Below are positions 40,351 through 50,514 of a stretch of DNA of 64,000 nt, piece after piece. Origin of the DNA: an uncultured Candidatus Rokubacteria bacterium (GTDB taxonomy: Bacteria > Methylomirabilota > Methylomirabilia > Rokubacteriales > DASRDR01); the NCBI GenBank assembly GCA_963826115.1, contig CAWGVS010000006.1:736001-800000 (forward strand), written 5' to 3'. The notes under the pieces were generated by a model. That model saw nothing but the letters and a program-made list of their open reading frames with translations. It had not been told where the DNA came from and made no database searches. Position 1 is the first letter of the stretch. Every line of letters begins with the position of its first letter. Position numbers and translations under genes: made by a program.

Positions 40351-41841
40351 TCACGGGCGAGCTCCCGTGAACGTCGCCCGCATCGGGAGGCCGTCGCAGT
40401 CCGAGCCCGCGTAGGACATCTCCACGGTTTTCCCGTCCTCGCCGAGCGTCACGACGCCGGTGAGCTCCGCCCGGCACGGGTTCGTCATCGTCAGCCGGAT
40501 CGAGGCCGGGTTGGCGTCCGATGCGCCGTCCTTGATCGCCCCGGAGAGACCGCGCTCCTCGCTGGACCAGCTCCCGATGATCTCTGCGATGCCCCGGCGA
40601 AGAATGACCAGCGCCGGGGATTGCTCGACGCGTCCCTCCCGCTCGACGGTGAGCGTGCCCGTGTAGTGGACGTAGGTCCCGCCAAGCATCAGGAGCGCGC
40701 GCCGCTCGGGCGAGAGAGAGGCGAGCACGGTGTCATTGACGGCGTAGAGTTGGCAGTCGCTGCCGCGCCTCCGGCACGCCTCCATCGCCTGCGCCGCCGC
40801 GTACTCCACGGAGCCCTGGCTCCAGGATCGACCCCAGGCCCCGGAGCCGCGGTCGACGGCGAAGGCCTTGAAGGGCTGGTACATCCGATCGGTCCGCCAC
40901 GTGTCGAACGCCGTCTGGATGGCGGGCGGGAGGCTCGTGCCTCGAGCGGGCTCCGGTACGGCGGCCGGCGTGGCGGCCGTGGTCGTCGAGGGCACCGGGC
41001 CGACTCGCTCGAGCCAGACCGGCACCCGGCTGGATCCGCCCGCGGTCGTCGGGTACGTCAGGTGGCCCGCGAGGATCCGGCGCCCGGCGTCCTCGTGGTA
41101 CGCGAATTCCGCGCTCTCGCGCCCGGCGTACCACGCCTTGCCGTCCCGGATGGTGAGTCGCCCTCGGGACCGGTACGTGACGGGGTCGTTCTCCCCGAAC
41201 TCCGCCGCGCCGTCCTCGCGGACGACGGTCTCGATCGGGACCATGAAGGCGTTGAGCCGGGCGTACCCTTCCCAGCGGCCCGCGAGGCCGCCGAGGTCCT
41301 GAGACTGTAGCGCCTTCGCGGGCAGGGTGGGCGGCTCCGGCCGGGACGGCTGGCGCGAGGCGCGGCCGAACGTGCGGTCGAGGATCGCCCGGACCGGGAC
41401 GGCAACGACCTGGCCCTGCGAGTCCTTCCCGACGAACCGGTCCTCGGTCGTCAGGGCGCCGAGCTGTTCCACGCCCCCGAACCGCGTGCCGGCCATCGAG
41501 GGCCACCCCCAGCTGTGCGTCGTGTGATAGCGGAGCTCGCCGTTCGGCTCCAGCCGGTACTGGAAGTCGACCTGGCTCAGGCCGCCGACCTCGAGCGTCG
41601 GGGCGCGCGAGCTACGGTCGATCTGCTCGAACTGGATTGGCGTCGCGCCCGTGTTCTTGAGGACCATCGTGTAGCTCCAGCGCGTGCGCGTGCTCCCGTC
41701 GACGGAGTCGATGCGGCCGACGTCGACGACCTCCCACGCGACCGGACCGGCGGAGCCCGCGACCTTGCCGGTCGTCGCGCAGCCGGACCCGAGGACGCCC
41801 ACGACCAGCAGGCTCGTCATCATCAGCGGGGCGGCTCTCAT
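40351..41841 (-). CDS. Multidomain lipoprotein, hypothetical (includes a DUF4189-like KAFAV...AMEAC..C.LYA module)
   Basis: Lipobox GSGC, GAGG RBS, Pro/Ala linkers between beta-rich domains. Confidence 0.75.
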   Translation of the reverse strand: MRAAPLMMTSLLVVGVLGSGCATTGKVAGSAGPVAWEVVDVGRIDSVDGSTRTRWSYTMVLKNTGATPIQFEQIDRSSRAPTLEVGGLSQVDFQYRLEPNGELRYHTTHSWGWPSMAGTRFGGVEQLGALTTEDRFVGKDSQGQVVAVPVRAILDRTFGRASRQPSRPEPPTLPAKALQSQDLGGLAGRWEGYARLNAFMVPIETVVREDGAAEFGENDPVTYRSRGRLTIRDGKAWYAGRESAEFAYHEDAGRRILAGHLTYPTTAGGSSRVPVWLERVGPVPSTTTAATPAAVPEPARGTSLPPAIQTAFDTWRTDRMYQPFKAFAVDRGSGAWGRSWSQGSVEYAAAQAMEACRRRGSDCQLYAVNDTVLASLSPERRALLMLGGTYVHYTGTLTVEREGRVEQSPALVILRRGIAEIIGSWSSEERGLSGAIKDGASDANPASIRLTMTNPCRAELTGVVTLGEDGKTVEMSYAGSDCDGLPMRATFTGARP

Positions 41842-41903
41842 GCCGTGACCTCCTCATCGTCCCGAGTGGGGGGCCCTGCGGTGACCATCGAGGGCCCGAA
41901 CAT

Positions 41904-41920
41904 CGCAAGGGCGGTGCCAG
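41904..41920 (-). promoter_or_regulatory. Sigma54 -24/-12 promoter
   Basis: CTGGCACCGCCCTTGCG on the minus strand, ~65 nt upstream of the lipoprotein gene. Confidence 0.8.
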
Positions 41921-42053
41921 GGGGACCACCTTCCGTTTCACGTAGTTACGGCCCAGCGCTGTAGTGGCCGCGCCCCCGGGATGGGGGAAGGCTCCCAATT
42001 TGGGGGTGCGTCGCGTTGGGGGTGCGGTCGCGGGCCGTTCGGCGGCGCCGTGG

Positions 42054-42093
42054 CTGCACTGTCTACAGTGCAGGGTGCACAGTCTGGTGTGCA
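42054..42093. promoter_or_regulatory. Tandem enhancer-like palindromes (bEBP UAS)
   Basis: CTGCACTGT-CT-ACAGTGCAG and TGCACA-N6-TGTGCA, both TGCAC-N8-GTGCA. Confidence 0.7.
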
Positions 42094-42353
42094 GCGCCGG
42101 GAACCTCCCGATTCTGCGGGTGTTCGGCCGAGTCGGGGCGGCCGTTCCGGCGGGACCTGCCCTGTCTACCGTGCACCGGCGTAGCACCGGCCACCTGCCA
42201 GCCGACACGGAGCTCGCGTGCGCGAAGTGTCCGGCGTGAAAGCCCGAACGCCTCGCGCGCGCCCGCGCGCGGCCGTTGGCGTGGATCTCGCTACCCGGGA
42301 CGGCGACGCCGGCCCGGCCGGATGGACGGCCGTGGCCGGGCGGGGAGGTCTCG

Positions 42354-43178
42354 ATGGCGCTCACCGACCACTGCGACGTCTTCGGCGCGTTCCACGAGGA
42401 CGGCTTCAACCGCATCGTCGAGCACATCCGCTTCCAGCGGCCGTCGATGTTCAACTACGCGACCCAGGCCATCGCGGACAACCCGGCCCTCCTCTGCCGG
42501 CCGATCGTGGCGCACCCGCGGCTCAACCAGCACGGGAACCCGCTGATCACGATCATCGACCCCCTGCCGCTGCCCGGGAGCAACTTCGCGCTGAACTTCT
42601 GCGTGCAGCTCGTCGACGTGAAGATCGATTTCCACCCGCCGGGCGTCCTCGCGCTGCCGCCGGAGCTCGCGCCCCTGCCGGCGCAGCGGCTCGCGATCGG
42701 CCTCCGCGTCTGCGCGGGGATCGGCTGCCCGCCCGCCCAGGCGATCGCCGACAACATCCCCCCGCCGCCGAACCCGGACGCGGACCCGAACCAGCCGCCG
42801 CCGCCTCCGCCGCCCCAGGTGGTGCTGCCGCCCGACCAGCAGCTGATCTGCGTCTGCCTCGACGCCTTCGTGGTGGGCGGACTCCGGTTCAGGGAGTACT
42901 TCCAGCACTTCTTCCTGGAGCCCTTCGTCGACCGGATCGAGATCTCGGACATCCAGCCGGCGGAGCTCGAGAGCGGAATCGAGTGCGTGATCGACGCCAC
43001 GCTCCGGCTCGGCTTTCTGCCGAAGCTCCGCATCCTGCTGAAGAAGATGGCGCTCGACCTCACCGATGACGTGTCCATCAACGTCCAGCCCAAGCCGGTG
43101 ATTTCACCCCAGGTGCCGAACAACCCGGCCCTCGAGCAGAACGAGGTCCGGGCCTTCATCGATCTCGAGGTGAGCTAG
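42354..43178 (+). CDS. Hypothetical Cys/Pro-rich protein (gene 1 of unknown triad)
   Basis: GGAGG RBS, strong GC3 bias, 2-nt gap to the next gene. Confidence 0.85.
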   Translation: MALTDHCDVFGAFHEDGFNRIVEHIRFQRPSMFNYATQAIADNPALLCRPIVAHPRLNQHGNPLITIIDPLPLPGSNFALNFCVQLVDVKIDFHPPGVLALPPELAPLPAQRLAIGLRVCAGIGCPPAQAIADNIPPPPNPDADPNQPPPPPPPQVVLPPDQQLICVCLDAFVVGGLRFREYFQHFFLEPFVDRIEISDIQPAELESGIECVIDATLRLGFLPKLRILLKKMALDLTDDVSINVQPKPVISPQVPNNPALEQNEVRAFIDLEVS

Positions 43179-43180
43179 CC

Positions 43181-44119
43181 ATGCCGCATCTCCGGGTCGC
43201 CGCGTCGGAGGCCGCCTTCAAGAAGCTCTTCGACAAGGTGGTCGAGAAGTTCGTCTTCGAGAAGGCGGACCACAAGGACCTGGGGCCCTTCACCGCCGGC
43301 TACGACGTGAAGATCCACCTGGAAGGCGGGAAGGTCGACCTCCGGGCCGACGGCACGGTGCAGGTGAAGGAGCTCGACATCAAGTGGGACCGACTGAACC
43401 TCTCGCTCGGGATCAACATCCCGGAGTTCTGCATCCCGGGGTTCTGCCTGATCCCGAACCCCTTCGGCGGGTGCATCCTCGAGATCCCGCCGCTCTGCGC
43501 GTTCAGCGCCGATCCGGACATCCAGATCGTGCTCCCGCTGGGCGGGCTCATCACGTCGGAGATCTCGATCACCGGGCGGCTCCGCACCCGCTACCACGTG
43601 AACCCGGATCGCCCCGCGGCCATGGACCAGTGGGACGCCCAGGTCCCGGACCCGCCGCTCTACAACACCTGGCAGCTCTTCCTCGACCCGCAGTTCGTGG
43701 ACATCGACCTGGTCGACGTGGCCGACAGCGTGGGCGACCTCCTCGACCAGGCCATCGAGGACGCGGTGGCGGCGCTCGGGATTCCGGGGCCCATCGCCGC
43801 CGTGCTCGGGTCGGTCGTCGACATCGTCCGCGCGATCCTGGACATCCCCGACGACATCCAGGAGTGGCTCAGCGACCTGCTCGGCGTGAGCCTCGGTCTC
43901 GAGAACGTCATCGGCCAGGCGCTGATCGAGCACTTCGTGACGGACGATCCCCTGTTCGAGCTGGAGGACCCGTACCCGATCCTCGACAAGGCGCCGAATC
44001 CGAACAACAAGCAGGGTCAGCCGCCCTTGCCCGACCTGGTCCCGGTGAAGCTCCCGATCCGCGACCTGACGGTGTCGAACAACGACGTCGAGCTGATCCT
44101 CGAGGGGAACGTGGGATGA
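43181..44119 (+). CDS. Hypothetical acidic protein (gene 2 of unknown triad)
   Basis: Coupled ORF with a CIPGFC...GC....LC loop. Confidence 0.85.
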   Translation: MPHLRVAASEAAFKKLFDKVVEKFVFEKADHKDLGPFTAGYDVKIHLEGGKVDLRADGTVQVKELDIKWDRLNLSLGINIPEFCIPGFCLIPNPFGGCILEIPPLCAFSADPDIQIVLPLGGLITSEISITGRLRTRYHVNPDRPAAMDQWDAQVPDPPLYNTWQLFLDPQFVDIDLVDVADSVGDLLDQAIEDAVAALGIPGPIAAVLGSVVDIVRAILDIPDDIQEWLSDLLGVSLGLENVIGQALIEHFVTDDPLFELEDPYPILDKAPNPNNKQGQPPLPDLVPVKLPIRDLTVSNNDVELILEGNVG

Positions 44120-44886
44120 CGCCCGTGACGTCCCCCAAGCGGAGCATCCGCCTGAACCGCCGGCTCCTGACCACCTCGACCTTCGACAGCGGCGCGCTCG
44201 GCGTGCTCGTCCACGTGATCCACCGGTTCGCCGCCGGGGGCACCTACCAGGCGGTGGTGTTGAAGGACGGCCAGCGCGTCGGCACGACGTGCTTTCGCGT
44301 GACGGATGGGACGGCGGGCACGCAGCTCAACGTCGACCTGGCCGCGGTGACGACGCCCGCGAGCGAGCCGTGCGCTTGCCGGGAGCACCCCGAGAGCGCG
44401 CCCGCCGTGTCACCTGAGGGGTACGTGCTCTTCCATGCGCCGGGCGGCGCGGGCGGTTACGCGGCCGTGGTGGGGGAGGCGAAGGAGGGCGGCCGGTCGG
44501 TGTTCGACAGCCGAGCCCTCAAGGACGGCGACCTCTTCGCGCTGGCGCTGATCGAGCCGACGACCTACGCGGTCACGAGCCCCGGCGGCGCCGGGCGGGC
44601 GGAGATCCAGGTCGCGCCGATCCCCCCGGGGACGAACCTCCGGACCGTGGCGCCCGTGTACGTCGACGCCACCCGCACGGCCTTCAAGCCGGCGAAGATC
44701 GCCATCCACGCAGGCCAGGGGGTCGTGTTCCGGATGAAGGGGGCGGCGCGCGTCGTCATCGAGAAGCGGGCGCCCCAGGCCGCTCCGCGCCGTGGTCGGG
44801 CGGCCGCCGCTCCGGCGGCTCGCCGCGTCCGCCGTCACGTGCGCATCCGCCGGCTCGGGTTCGGTGGCGCGGACGGCGGAGGCTAG
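44116..44886 (+). CDS. Hypothetical beta-rich protein (gene 3 of unknown triad)
   Basis: ATGA overlap; repeated FDS.AL motif; AFKPAKIAIHAGQGVVF cupredoxin-like strand. Confidence 0.8.
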   Translation: MTPVTSPKRSIRLNRRLLTTSTFDSGALGVLVHVIHRFAAGGTYQAVVLKDGQRVGTTCFRVTDGTAGTQLNVDLAAVTTPASEPCACREHPESAPAVSPEGYVLFHAPGGAGGYAAVVGEAKEGGRSVFDSRALKDGDLFALALIEPTTYAVTSPGGAGRAEIQVAPIPPGTNLRTVAPVYVDATRTAFKPAKIAIHAGQGVVFRMKGAARVVIEKRAPQAAPRRGRAAAAPAARRVRRHVRIRRLGFGGADGGG

Positions 44887-45214
44887 GTTGCGCGGGACCG
44901 CCCTCGGCTTCAGGGGTGTACTAGCGGTGGACACGACAGGCCCGGTCGTTGCCACGGTGCGGATTCAGTCGATCCTGATCGGCTGGCGCAACGCCTTCCA
45001 CAGCCAGGCGACCACCACCACTGGTCAGGCGCGCACCACCACTCCGCGCGGGGCCTGGCGATGACGCGGGGGCCGATTCGGCGCGGGACCGTGTCGACAT
45101 CGTCCCGGAGTATCCGGCACCTTCCTCTAGCCATTGCGCTTTCACCGGGCGCATCCGTCCGGAGACACGTTTCGAGCGCGTAGGCCTTCGGGCCTCGACC
45201 GACTCGGCGCACGG

Positions 45215-45230
45215 CGGCACCGGCGTTGCA
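45215..45230 (+). promoter_or_regulatory. Sigma54 -24/-12 promoter
   Basis: CGGCACCGGCGTTGCA, ~195 nt upstream of the ATG at 45426. Confidence 0.65.
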
Positions 45231-45425
45231 GCCTCGACGCCGCGCCCGCGATCGACCTCCGAGACGACCGAGCCCAGCGGCGCACCGCTGGACGGTAGGG
45301 AGCGCGATCTCATGGCGTTCCGTGTGGCGCATCGCCCGCCGTCGAGCCGCGACGCTCGCCCGTCCCGATCCGACCTGTCGAGACCACCGGACCACCCGCA
45401 GAGAGCCAGTCGAGGGGAGGCGCCC

Positions 45426-47999
45426 ATGACGAGCCGGCGACGCGCGAAGGCAACGGGGAAGAACGGGGGGCCGCCTCATCCGGCGGGGACCCGCGCGTTC
45501 CGGCGCGTCGTCGTGCCCGACCGGGTCGACCTGCGCGACCGCGTCTACATGCCGCCGGTGCGGGAGGCGCCGCCCGCGACGCTGAACTCCCTCGTCAACC
45601 GGAAGGTGGAGCTGCCCGTGATGGACCAGCTCCAGACCAGCGGGTGCACCGGCTTCGCGCTGGCCAACGTCGTGAACTTCCTCCTCCGGGTGGCGCGGCG
45701 CGGGGACGAGACCCCGGTCTCGCCCCTGATGGCCTACTCGATGGCTCGCCGCTACGACGAGTTCCCCGGCGAGAACGACGAGGGATCGAGCCTCCGCGGC
45801 GCCATGAAGGGCTGGTTCCGGCACGGCGTCTGCGCGGACAAGCTGTGGGCGACGACCAGCGTCCTGGAGATCCCGCCTGCCCAGCAGGACCCGACGAAGG
45901 ACTGGTGGCAGGACGCGGTCCGGCGCCCGCTCGGCGCCTATTACCGCGTGGACGCGCGCGCGGTCACGGACATGCAGGTGGGCCTCTGCGAGGTCGGCGT
46001 GCTCTACGCGAGCGCCATCTGCCACTCCGGGTGGGAGCAGGGCCTGAACCTCAAGCCGAAGCCGAAAGATCCCTGGGTGATCCCCTACCAGAAGGCGGGG
46101 ATGGCTGACGGCGGCCACGCGTTCGTCCTGATCGGCTACACGGCCGAGGGCTTCATCGTCCTCAACTCCTGGGGGCGGATGTGGGGCGCGGACGGCCTCG
46201 GTGTCCTCACCTACAAGGACTGGCTCGAGCACGCGATGGACTGCTGGGCCCCGCAGCTCGGCGTCGTGACCGCCGGGCACGAGACGATCTCGAAGGCGAT
46301 CTCGCTCCGCATGCCCCAGAAGCATCAGGTCCACGTCGCGACGGAGCGCGTCCTGCGGGACCGGGAGATCTCGCCGTTCGTCATCGACATGGAGAACAAC
46401 GGGCGCCTCAGCCAGACCGGCGAGTTCCGGACCAGCGCGGGCGACCTGGAGTCCCTGGTGACGATCCACCTCGACGAGTTCCGCCGCCAGTGGGAGCTGG
46501 CGAAGGACGACGTCGTGGACGTGGCGATCTACGCCCACGGGGGCCTCACCGGCGAGGAGGCGGCCGCCGACACCGCGTCCAAGTGGATCCCGGCGCTCTA
46601 CGGCGCCAAGATCTTCCCGATCTTCCTGATGTGGGAGACCGACCTCTTCTCGACCTTGAAGAACAAGCTCGAGGACGAGGTGGAGGGCCTCGCGAAGCCG
46701 ACGGCCGGTGCGCTCGACCGGCTCCAGCGATGGTGGGACCAGCGGATCGAGAAGACGCTCGCCAGGCCGGGCTCCCTGATCTGGGGCGAGATGAAGCAGA
46801 ACGCCCAGGCCATCAGCTCCAGCAAGGAGAGCGGCGCGTCCATCCTCTACAACGTGGCCCAGAAGCTCAAGGCGTTCTCGCCGGACCGTGTTCGTATCCA
46901 CCTGATCGGCCACTCGGCGGGCGGGATCGTCCACAGCTACGTCGTGGAGGCGCTGGCCGCCCTGAACTGGCGCTTCAAGACCGTGATCTTCATGGCGCCC
47001 GCGGTCACGGTGGCCGAGTTCAAGCACACCGTGGTGCCGCGGCTCCTCGACGGCCGGGTCGAGCAGTACATCCAGTTCCACCTGTCCGACGATCAGGAGG
47101 GGCGCGACCCGACCTGCCGACCGATCCTGGGCTACGGGCGCTCGCTTCTCTACCTCGTCTCCGAGTCCTTCGAGCACGGGGTCCAGACGCCGGTCCTCGG
47201 CATGAAGAAGTACTTCGACGCGGAGGTGGCCGACCTGGTGCCGGGCCGGATCAAGACCTTCGTGGCGCCCGGCTCGAGCTCCGAGAGCACGACCCACGGC
47301 GGGTTCGACGACGACGCGCGGACGCTCACCAGCGTGATCAACCTGATCAAGGCGGCGCCGGCCGGGCGGTCGCGGGGTCCCGCGGCGGCGCGGAAGGGAC
47401 GCACGGCGGGCGCGCGAGCCGCGCGTGGCGCGGCGGGGGCGACGGCGGCGGGCCGGCGGGGAGGCATCGCGCTGGCCGCGCCGGCCGTCGCGGCGCCGGT
47501 CGAGGGGCCCGCGGGGCGGTGGTTCTCCGGCCTCTCGAAGATCCGGGGGCGGATGGCCGACCTGAACCACAACACCGACCCCGATCTCAAGGTGTTCTCG
47601 AAGCAGACCCTGGGCGAGCTCGCGGTGTCCGACCTCATCCAGGGCAATCTCGCGCAGTTCTGCCAGAACGAGCAGATCGGCATGGTGCCGACCGACGCCT
47701 TCGCCGACGGCACGAAGACCTTCCGGTGGCTCGTGGACCGCATCCGGCTGCCGATCGAGACGGGCCTGCTGAAGCTCATGTACGGGGTCGCGGTGAAGAG
47801 CCAGTCGAAGCTTCTGGACGCTCTGGCCACGGCGATCCTGCCGCAGCGGCTCGACGCGGTCTTCCCCGGTGAGGCCCGGACGGACCTCGACGCGGCGCTC
47901 CGCCTGGCCGTGCCCGCCACGTTCTATCCCCCCGGCGGCAGCCTGCTCCAGAACGGGCGGCAGTCCGTCGCCGACCTGATCGCACGGATCATGGCGTGA
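45426..47999 (+). CDS. C1 (papain-like) cysteine peptidase fused to an alpha/beta hydrolase domain and a C-terminal helical domain
   Basis: DQ.QTSGCTGF, GHAF, NSWG; YAHGG, IGHSAGG, HGGFDDD. Confidence 0.88.
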   Translation: MTSRRRAKATGKNGGPPHPAGTRAFRRVVVPDRVDLRDRVYMPPVREAPPATLNSLVNRKVELPVMDQLQTSGCTGFALANVVNFLLRVARRGDETPVSPLMAYSMARRYDEFPGENDEGSSLRGAMKGWFRHGVCADKLWATTSVLEIPPAQQDPTKDWWQDAVRRPLGAYYRVDARAVTDMQVGLCEVGVLYASAICHSGWEQGLNLKPKPKDPWVIPYQKAGMADGGHAFVLIGYTAEGFIVLNSWGRMWGADGLGVLTYKDWLEHAMDCWAPQLGVVTAGHETISKAISLRMPQKHQVHVATERVLRDREISPFVIDMENNGRLSQTGEFRTSAGDLESLVTIHLDEFRRQWELAKDDVVDVAIYAHGGLTGEEAAADTASKWIPALYGAKIFPIFLMWETDLFSTLKNKLEDEVEGLAKPTAGALDRLQRWWDQRIEKTLARPGSLIWGEMKQNAQAISSSKESGASILYNVAQKLKAFSPDRVRIHLIGHSAGGIVHSYVVEALAALNWRFKTVIFMAPAVTVAEFKHTVVPRLLDGRVEQYIQFHLSDDQEGRDPTCRPILGYGRSLLYLVSESFEHGVQTPVLGMKKYFDAEVADLVPGRIKTFVAPGSSSESTTHGGFDDDARTLTSVINLIKAAPAGRSRGPAAARKGRTAGARAARGAAGATAAGRRGGIALAAPAVAAPVEGPAGRWFSGLSKIRGRMADLNHNTDPDLKVFSKQTLGELAVSDLIQGNLAQFCQNEQIGMVPTDAFADGTKTFRWLVDRIRLPIETGLLKLMYGVAVKSQSKLLDALATAILPQRLDAVFPGEARTDLDAALRLAVPATFYPPGGSLLQNGRQSVADLIARIMA

Positions 48000-48006
48000 C
48001 GGAGGC

Positions 48007-49266
48007 ATGAACATGACGAGAGCTCGACGTCTGGCCTCGCTCCCCGTCGCGCTCGCCCTCGCGCTGATATCTTGGATGGGCGCCGGATCCGCCCGCGCGC
48101 AGACGCCGGCGATCGAGGAGATACGGGAGGAGCTCGGCGCCTCCTACGAGACCGCGAAGGCCTATCCGTCGCTGACCCCCCGCAGCTTCATCAAGGTCGC
48201 GCACGAGGCGCTCCAGCCGCCCGAGTACCGGCTCGGGAACCTCGCGCGACCCGACCAGTGGGTCATTCGGGTCGGGGACCGGGAGCTCCTGCCGGAGCGC
48301 GTGGACCTCACGACGGCCTCGGGGCTGGCCTACCTCTATCTGAGGCCCGGGAGCGTCAGGACCGGGGACACGATCGAGGTCGGCGTCCGGGCGGAGCGGC
48401 AGCGATCCGACGGCTCGTTCCGCCCGGTGATCGTGATGCACCCGACGCCCGTGCCCGTCACGGTGATCGACCCGTTCACGCTCGTGATCGATCCCGGATT
48501 CGCGCCCGATCAGGAGCTTCGCGACGGCACGAAGAAGGACGTGGCGCGTCTCACCCTGACGCTCGACGTGCCCTCGCTGGTCCCGAACGACTTCGCCCGG
48601 TTCTACCTGGCGAGCGAGAACGTCCTGTCCACGGAGACCGAGGACCTCGGCACCAAGCTCGAGGTTCGCGTCGGGGCCGAGCGGAGCCTCCTGCGAAGCT
48701 GGTACGTGCCGGCCCTGGTCCAGGCGGAATTCCTCGGCAACCAGGACCTCTCGCAGGCGTCCCTCCTGGTGACCGGCGGCGTCCGGACGATCCTCCCGTG
48801 GGCGTGGACGCGCGCGGCGCTCTTCAACGATGTGGTGAAGGCCCCGCTGTCGCCCGTCTTCGAGGTGGCGCCGCAGTACGTGCACCTCATCCGGGTGGAC
48901 TCGAACCTCACGCCGGACGCGGACCGCGACACCGCCCGGGTCCAGGGACAGGCGACCTGGGCGCCCATCTATCTCTTCCCGGGCATGTTCGGGGAGTACG
49001 CGCCGCTGCTGGAGATCCTGGCCAAGGGCTGGTGGTTCGCGGACGAGGGCGCCACGGCGACGGGCAAGCAGTGGGCGGGGCGTGTCGAGGCCTCGCTGCT
49101 CGTCCCGCTCACCGTGGTCAAGGGCTTCGGCCTCGGGCCCATCCTGAAGACCGTGGCCGGCGGCATCAACGGTCGCATTCGCCTCAAGTACACGAACGGC
49201 GCCAACGAGGCCAACGGCTACAAGAACTCCTCAGACTTCACGGTGTCCATGGAAGTGATCCAGTAG
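48007..49266 (+). CDS. Exported hypothetical protein, beta-strand-rich C-terminal half
   Basis: GGAGG RBS, signal peptide ending ARA, alternating-residue strands. Confidence 0.75.
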   Translation: MNMTRARRLASLPVALALALISWMGAGSARAQTPAIEEIREELGASYETAKAYPSLTPRSFIKVAHEALQPPEYRLGNLARPDQWVIRVGDRELLPERVDLTTASGLAYLYLRPGSVRTGDTIEVGVRAERQRSDGSFRPVIVMHPTPVPVTVIDPFTLVIDPGFAPDQELRDGTKKDVARLTLTLDVPSLVPNDFARFYLASENVLSTETEDLGTKLEVRVGAERSLLRSWYVPALVQAEFLGNQDLSQASLLVTGGVRTILPWAWTRAALFNDVVKAPLSPVFEVAPQYVHLIRVDSNLTPDADRDTARVQGQATWAPIYLFPGMFGEYAPLLEILAKGWWFADEGATATGKQWAGRVEASLLVPLTVVKGFGLGPILKTVAGGINGRIRLKYTNGANEANGYKNSSDFTVSMEVIQ

Positions 49267-49515
49267 CGCGGCGATTGCCTGGCGTTCCATGCGTCCGGGT
49301 CATCTGGACCCGGGAGCAAACGAGAGCCTCGCTCCTCGTTCGGGCCCGCCGGCGGTACGCCCGGCCCGCCGGCGGGGTATGATCGAATCAGTCACCCCTC
49401 GGTCGAGCTCGCGACCCTGGTATCGGGACGACGACCGGCCGCCGGGCCTCGCAGCGGGGGTTCCGGGCGAAACCTGCACGCAAACGGGCCGGCGCGCGCC
49501 GGCAGGAGGCCTCGC

Positions 49516-50406
49516 ATGGAGAGGAAGCAGGCATCGGAGTTTCCGCAGGAGCTCCTGGATCTCTTTCACGAATACCAGCACGGCGAGATCACGCGCCGGG
49601 CCTTCTTCGACCGCGCCAGGAAGTTCGCCGTCGGCGGGCTGACCGTCACGGCGATCTGGGAAAGCCTCCGGCCCAACTACGCGTGGGCTCAGCAGGTGCC
49701 GAAGGACGACATGCGGATCGCGACGAGCTACGAGACGGTCGCGTCGCCGGAGGGCAACGGATCGATCAAGGGCTACCTCGCGCGGCCGGCGAAGGCCGCG
49801 GGCAAGGTGCCGGTCGTGGTCGTCATTCATGAAAACCGCGGGACCAACCCCTACATCGAGGACGTGGCGCGCCGGCTGGCCGTCCTCGACTTCGTCGCCT
49901 TCGCGCCGGACGGTCTCACGTCGGTCGGCGGCTACCCGGGCGACGACGAGAAGGCGGCGGCGGCGTTCCGGACGGTCGACCAGGGGAAGATGCTGCAGGA
50001 CTTCCTGGCCTCGGCGAAGTGGCTGCAGGCGCGCCCGGAATCGAGCGGCAAGCTGGGCGCGGTCGGGTTCTGCTTCGGCGGCGGGGTCGTGAACCAGCTC
50101 GCGGTCCGGATGCCGGAGCTCGTCGCGGGGGCGCCGTTCTACGGCCGCCAGCCGACCGCCGACGACGTGCCGAAGATCAAGGCGTCGCTCCTCCTCCACT
50201 ACGCCGGCAACGACCAGGGGATCAACGCGGGGATCGCGGCGTACGAGGCGGCGCTCAAGGCGAGCGGCAAGGCCTACACGGCGTACGTCTACGACGGCAC
50301 GCAGCACGGGTTCCACAACGACACGACGCCGCGCTACGACGAGGCCGCGGCCAAGCTCGCCTGGCAGCGCACCGTCGACTTCTTCAACCGCACGCTGCGC
50401 GGCTAG
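49516..50406 (+). CDS. Dienelactone hydrolase family protein (YghX-like)
   Basis: [31 protein letters not shown]. Confidence 0.93.
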   Translation: MERKQASEFPQELLDLFHEYQHGEITRRAFFDRARKFAVGGLTVTAIWESLRPNYAWAQQVPKDDMRIATSYETVASPEGNGSIKGYLARPAKAAGKVPVVVVIHENRGTNPYIEDVARRLAVLDFVAFAPDGLTSVGGYPGDDEKAAAAFRTVDQGKMLQDFLASAKWLQARPESSGKLGAVGFCFGGGVVNQLAVRMPELVAGAPFYGRQPTADDVPKIKASLLLHYAGNDQGINAGIAAYEAALKASGKAYTAYVYDGTQHGFHNDTTPRYDEAAAKLAWQRTVDFFNRTLRG

Positions 50407-50514
50407 CGCTCCGCCCGGCGCGCGTTCCGCAGGGACGGCCCTCGCCGGTGCGCCGGCGAGGGCCATGTCATGCCCGCCGTCCATGCGCGCCGGGTACCGG
50501 GAAGGAGAGACCCC

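Noticed and set aside
41978-42022. Four G-tracts, possible G-quadruplex
   Set aside because: Loops are long and G-runs are common at this GC content; not distinguishable from chance
42755-42830. (CCG)n-like repeat
   Set aside because: Encodes the poly-proline loop of gene 42354-43178
44965-45065. Short minus-strand frame ending VVVAWLWKALRQPIRID with CACCACCACT repeats
   Set aside because: Interrupted by a stop and has no start or RBS; cannot support a gene call
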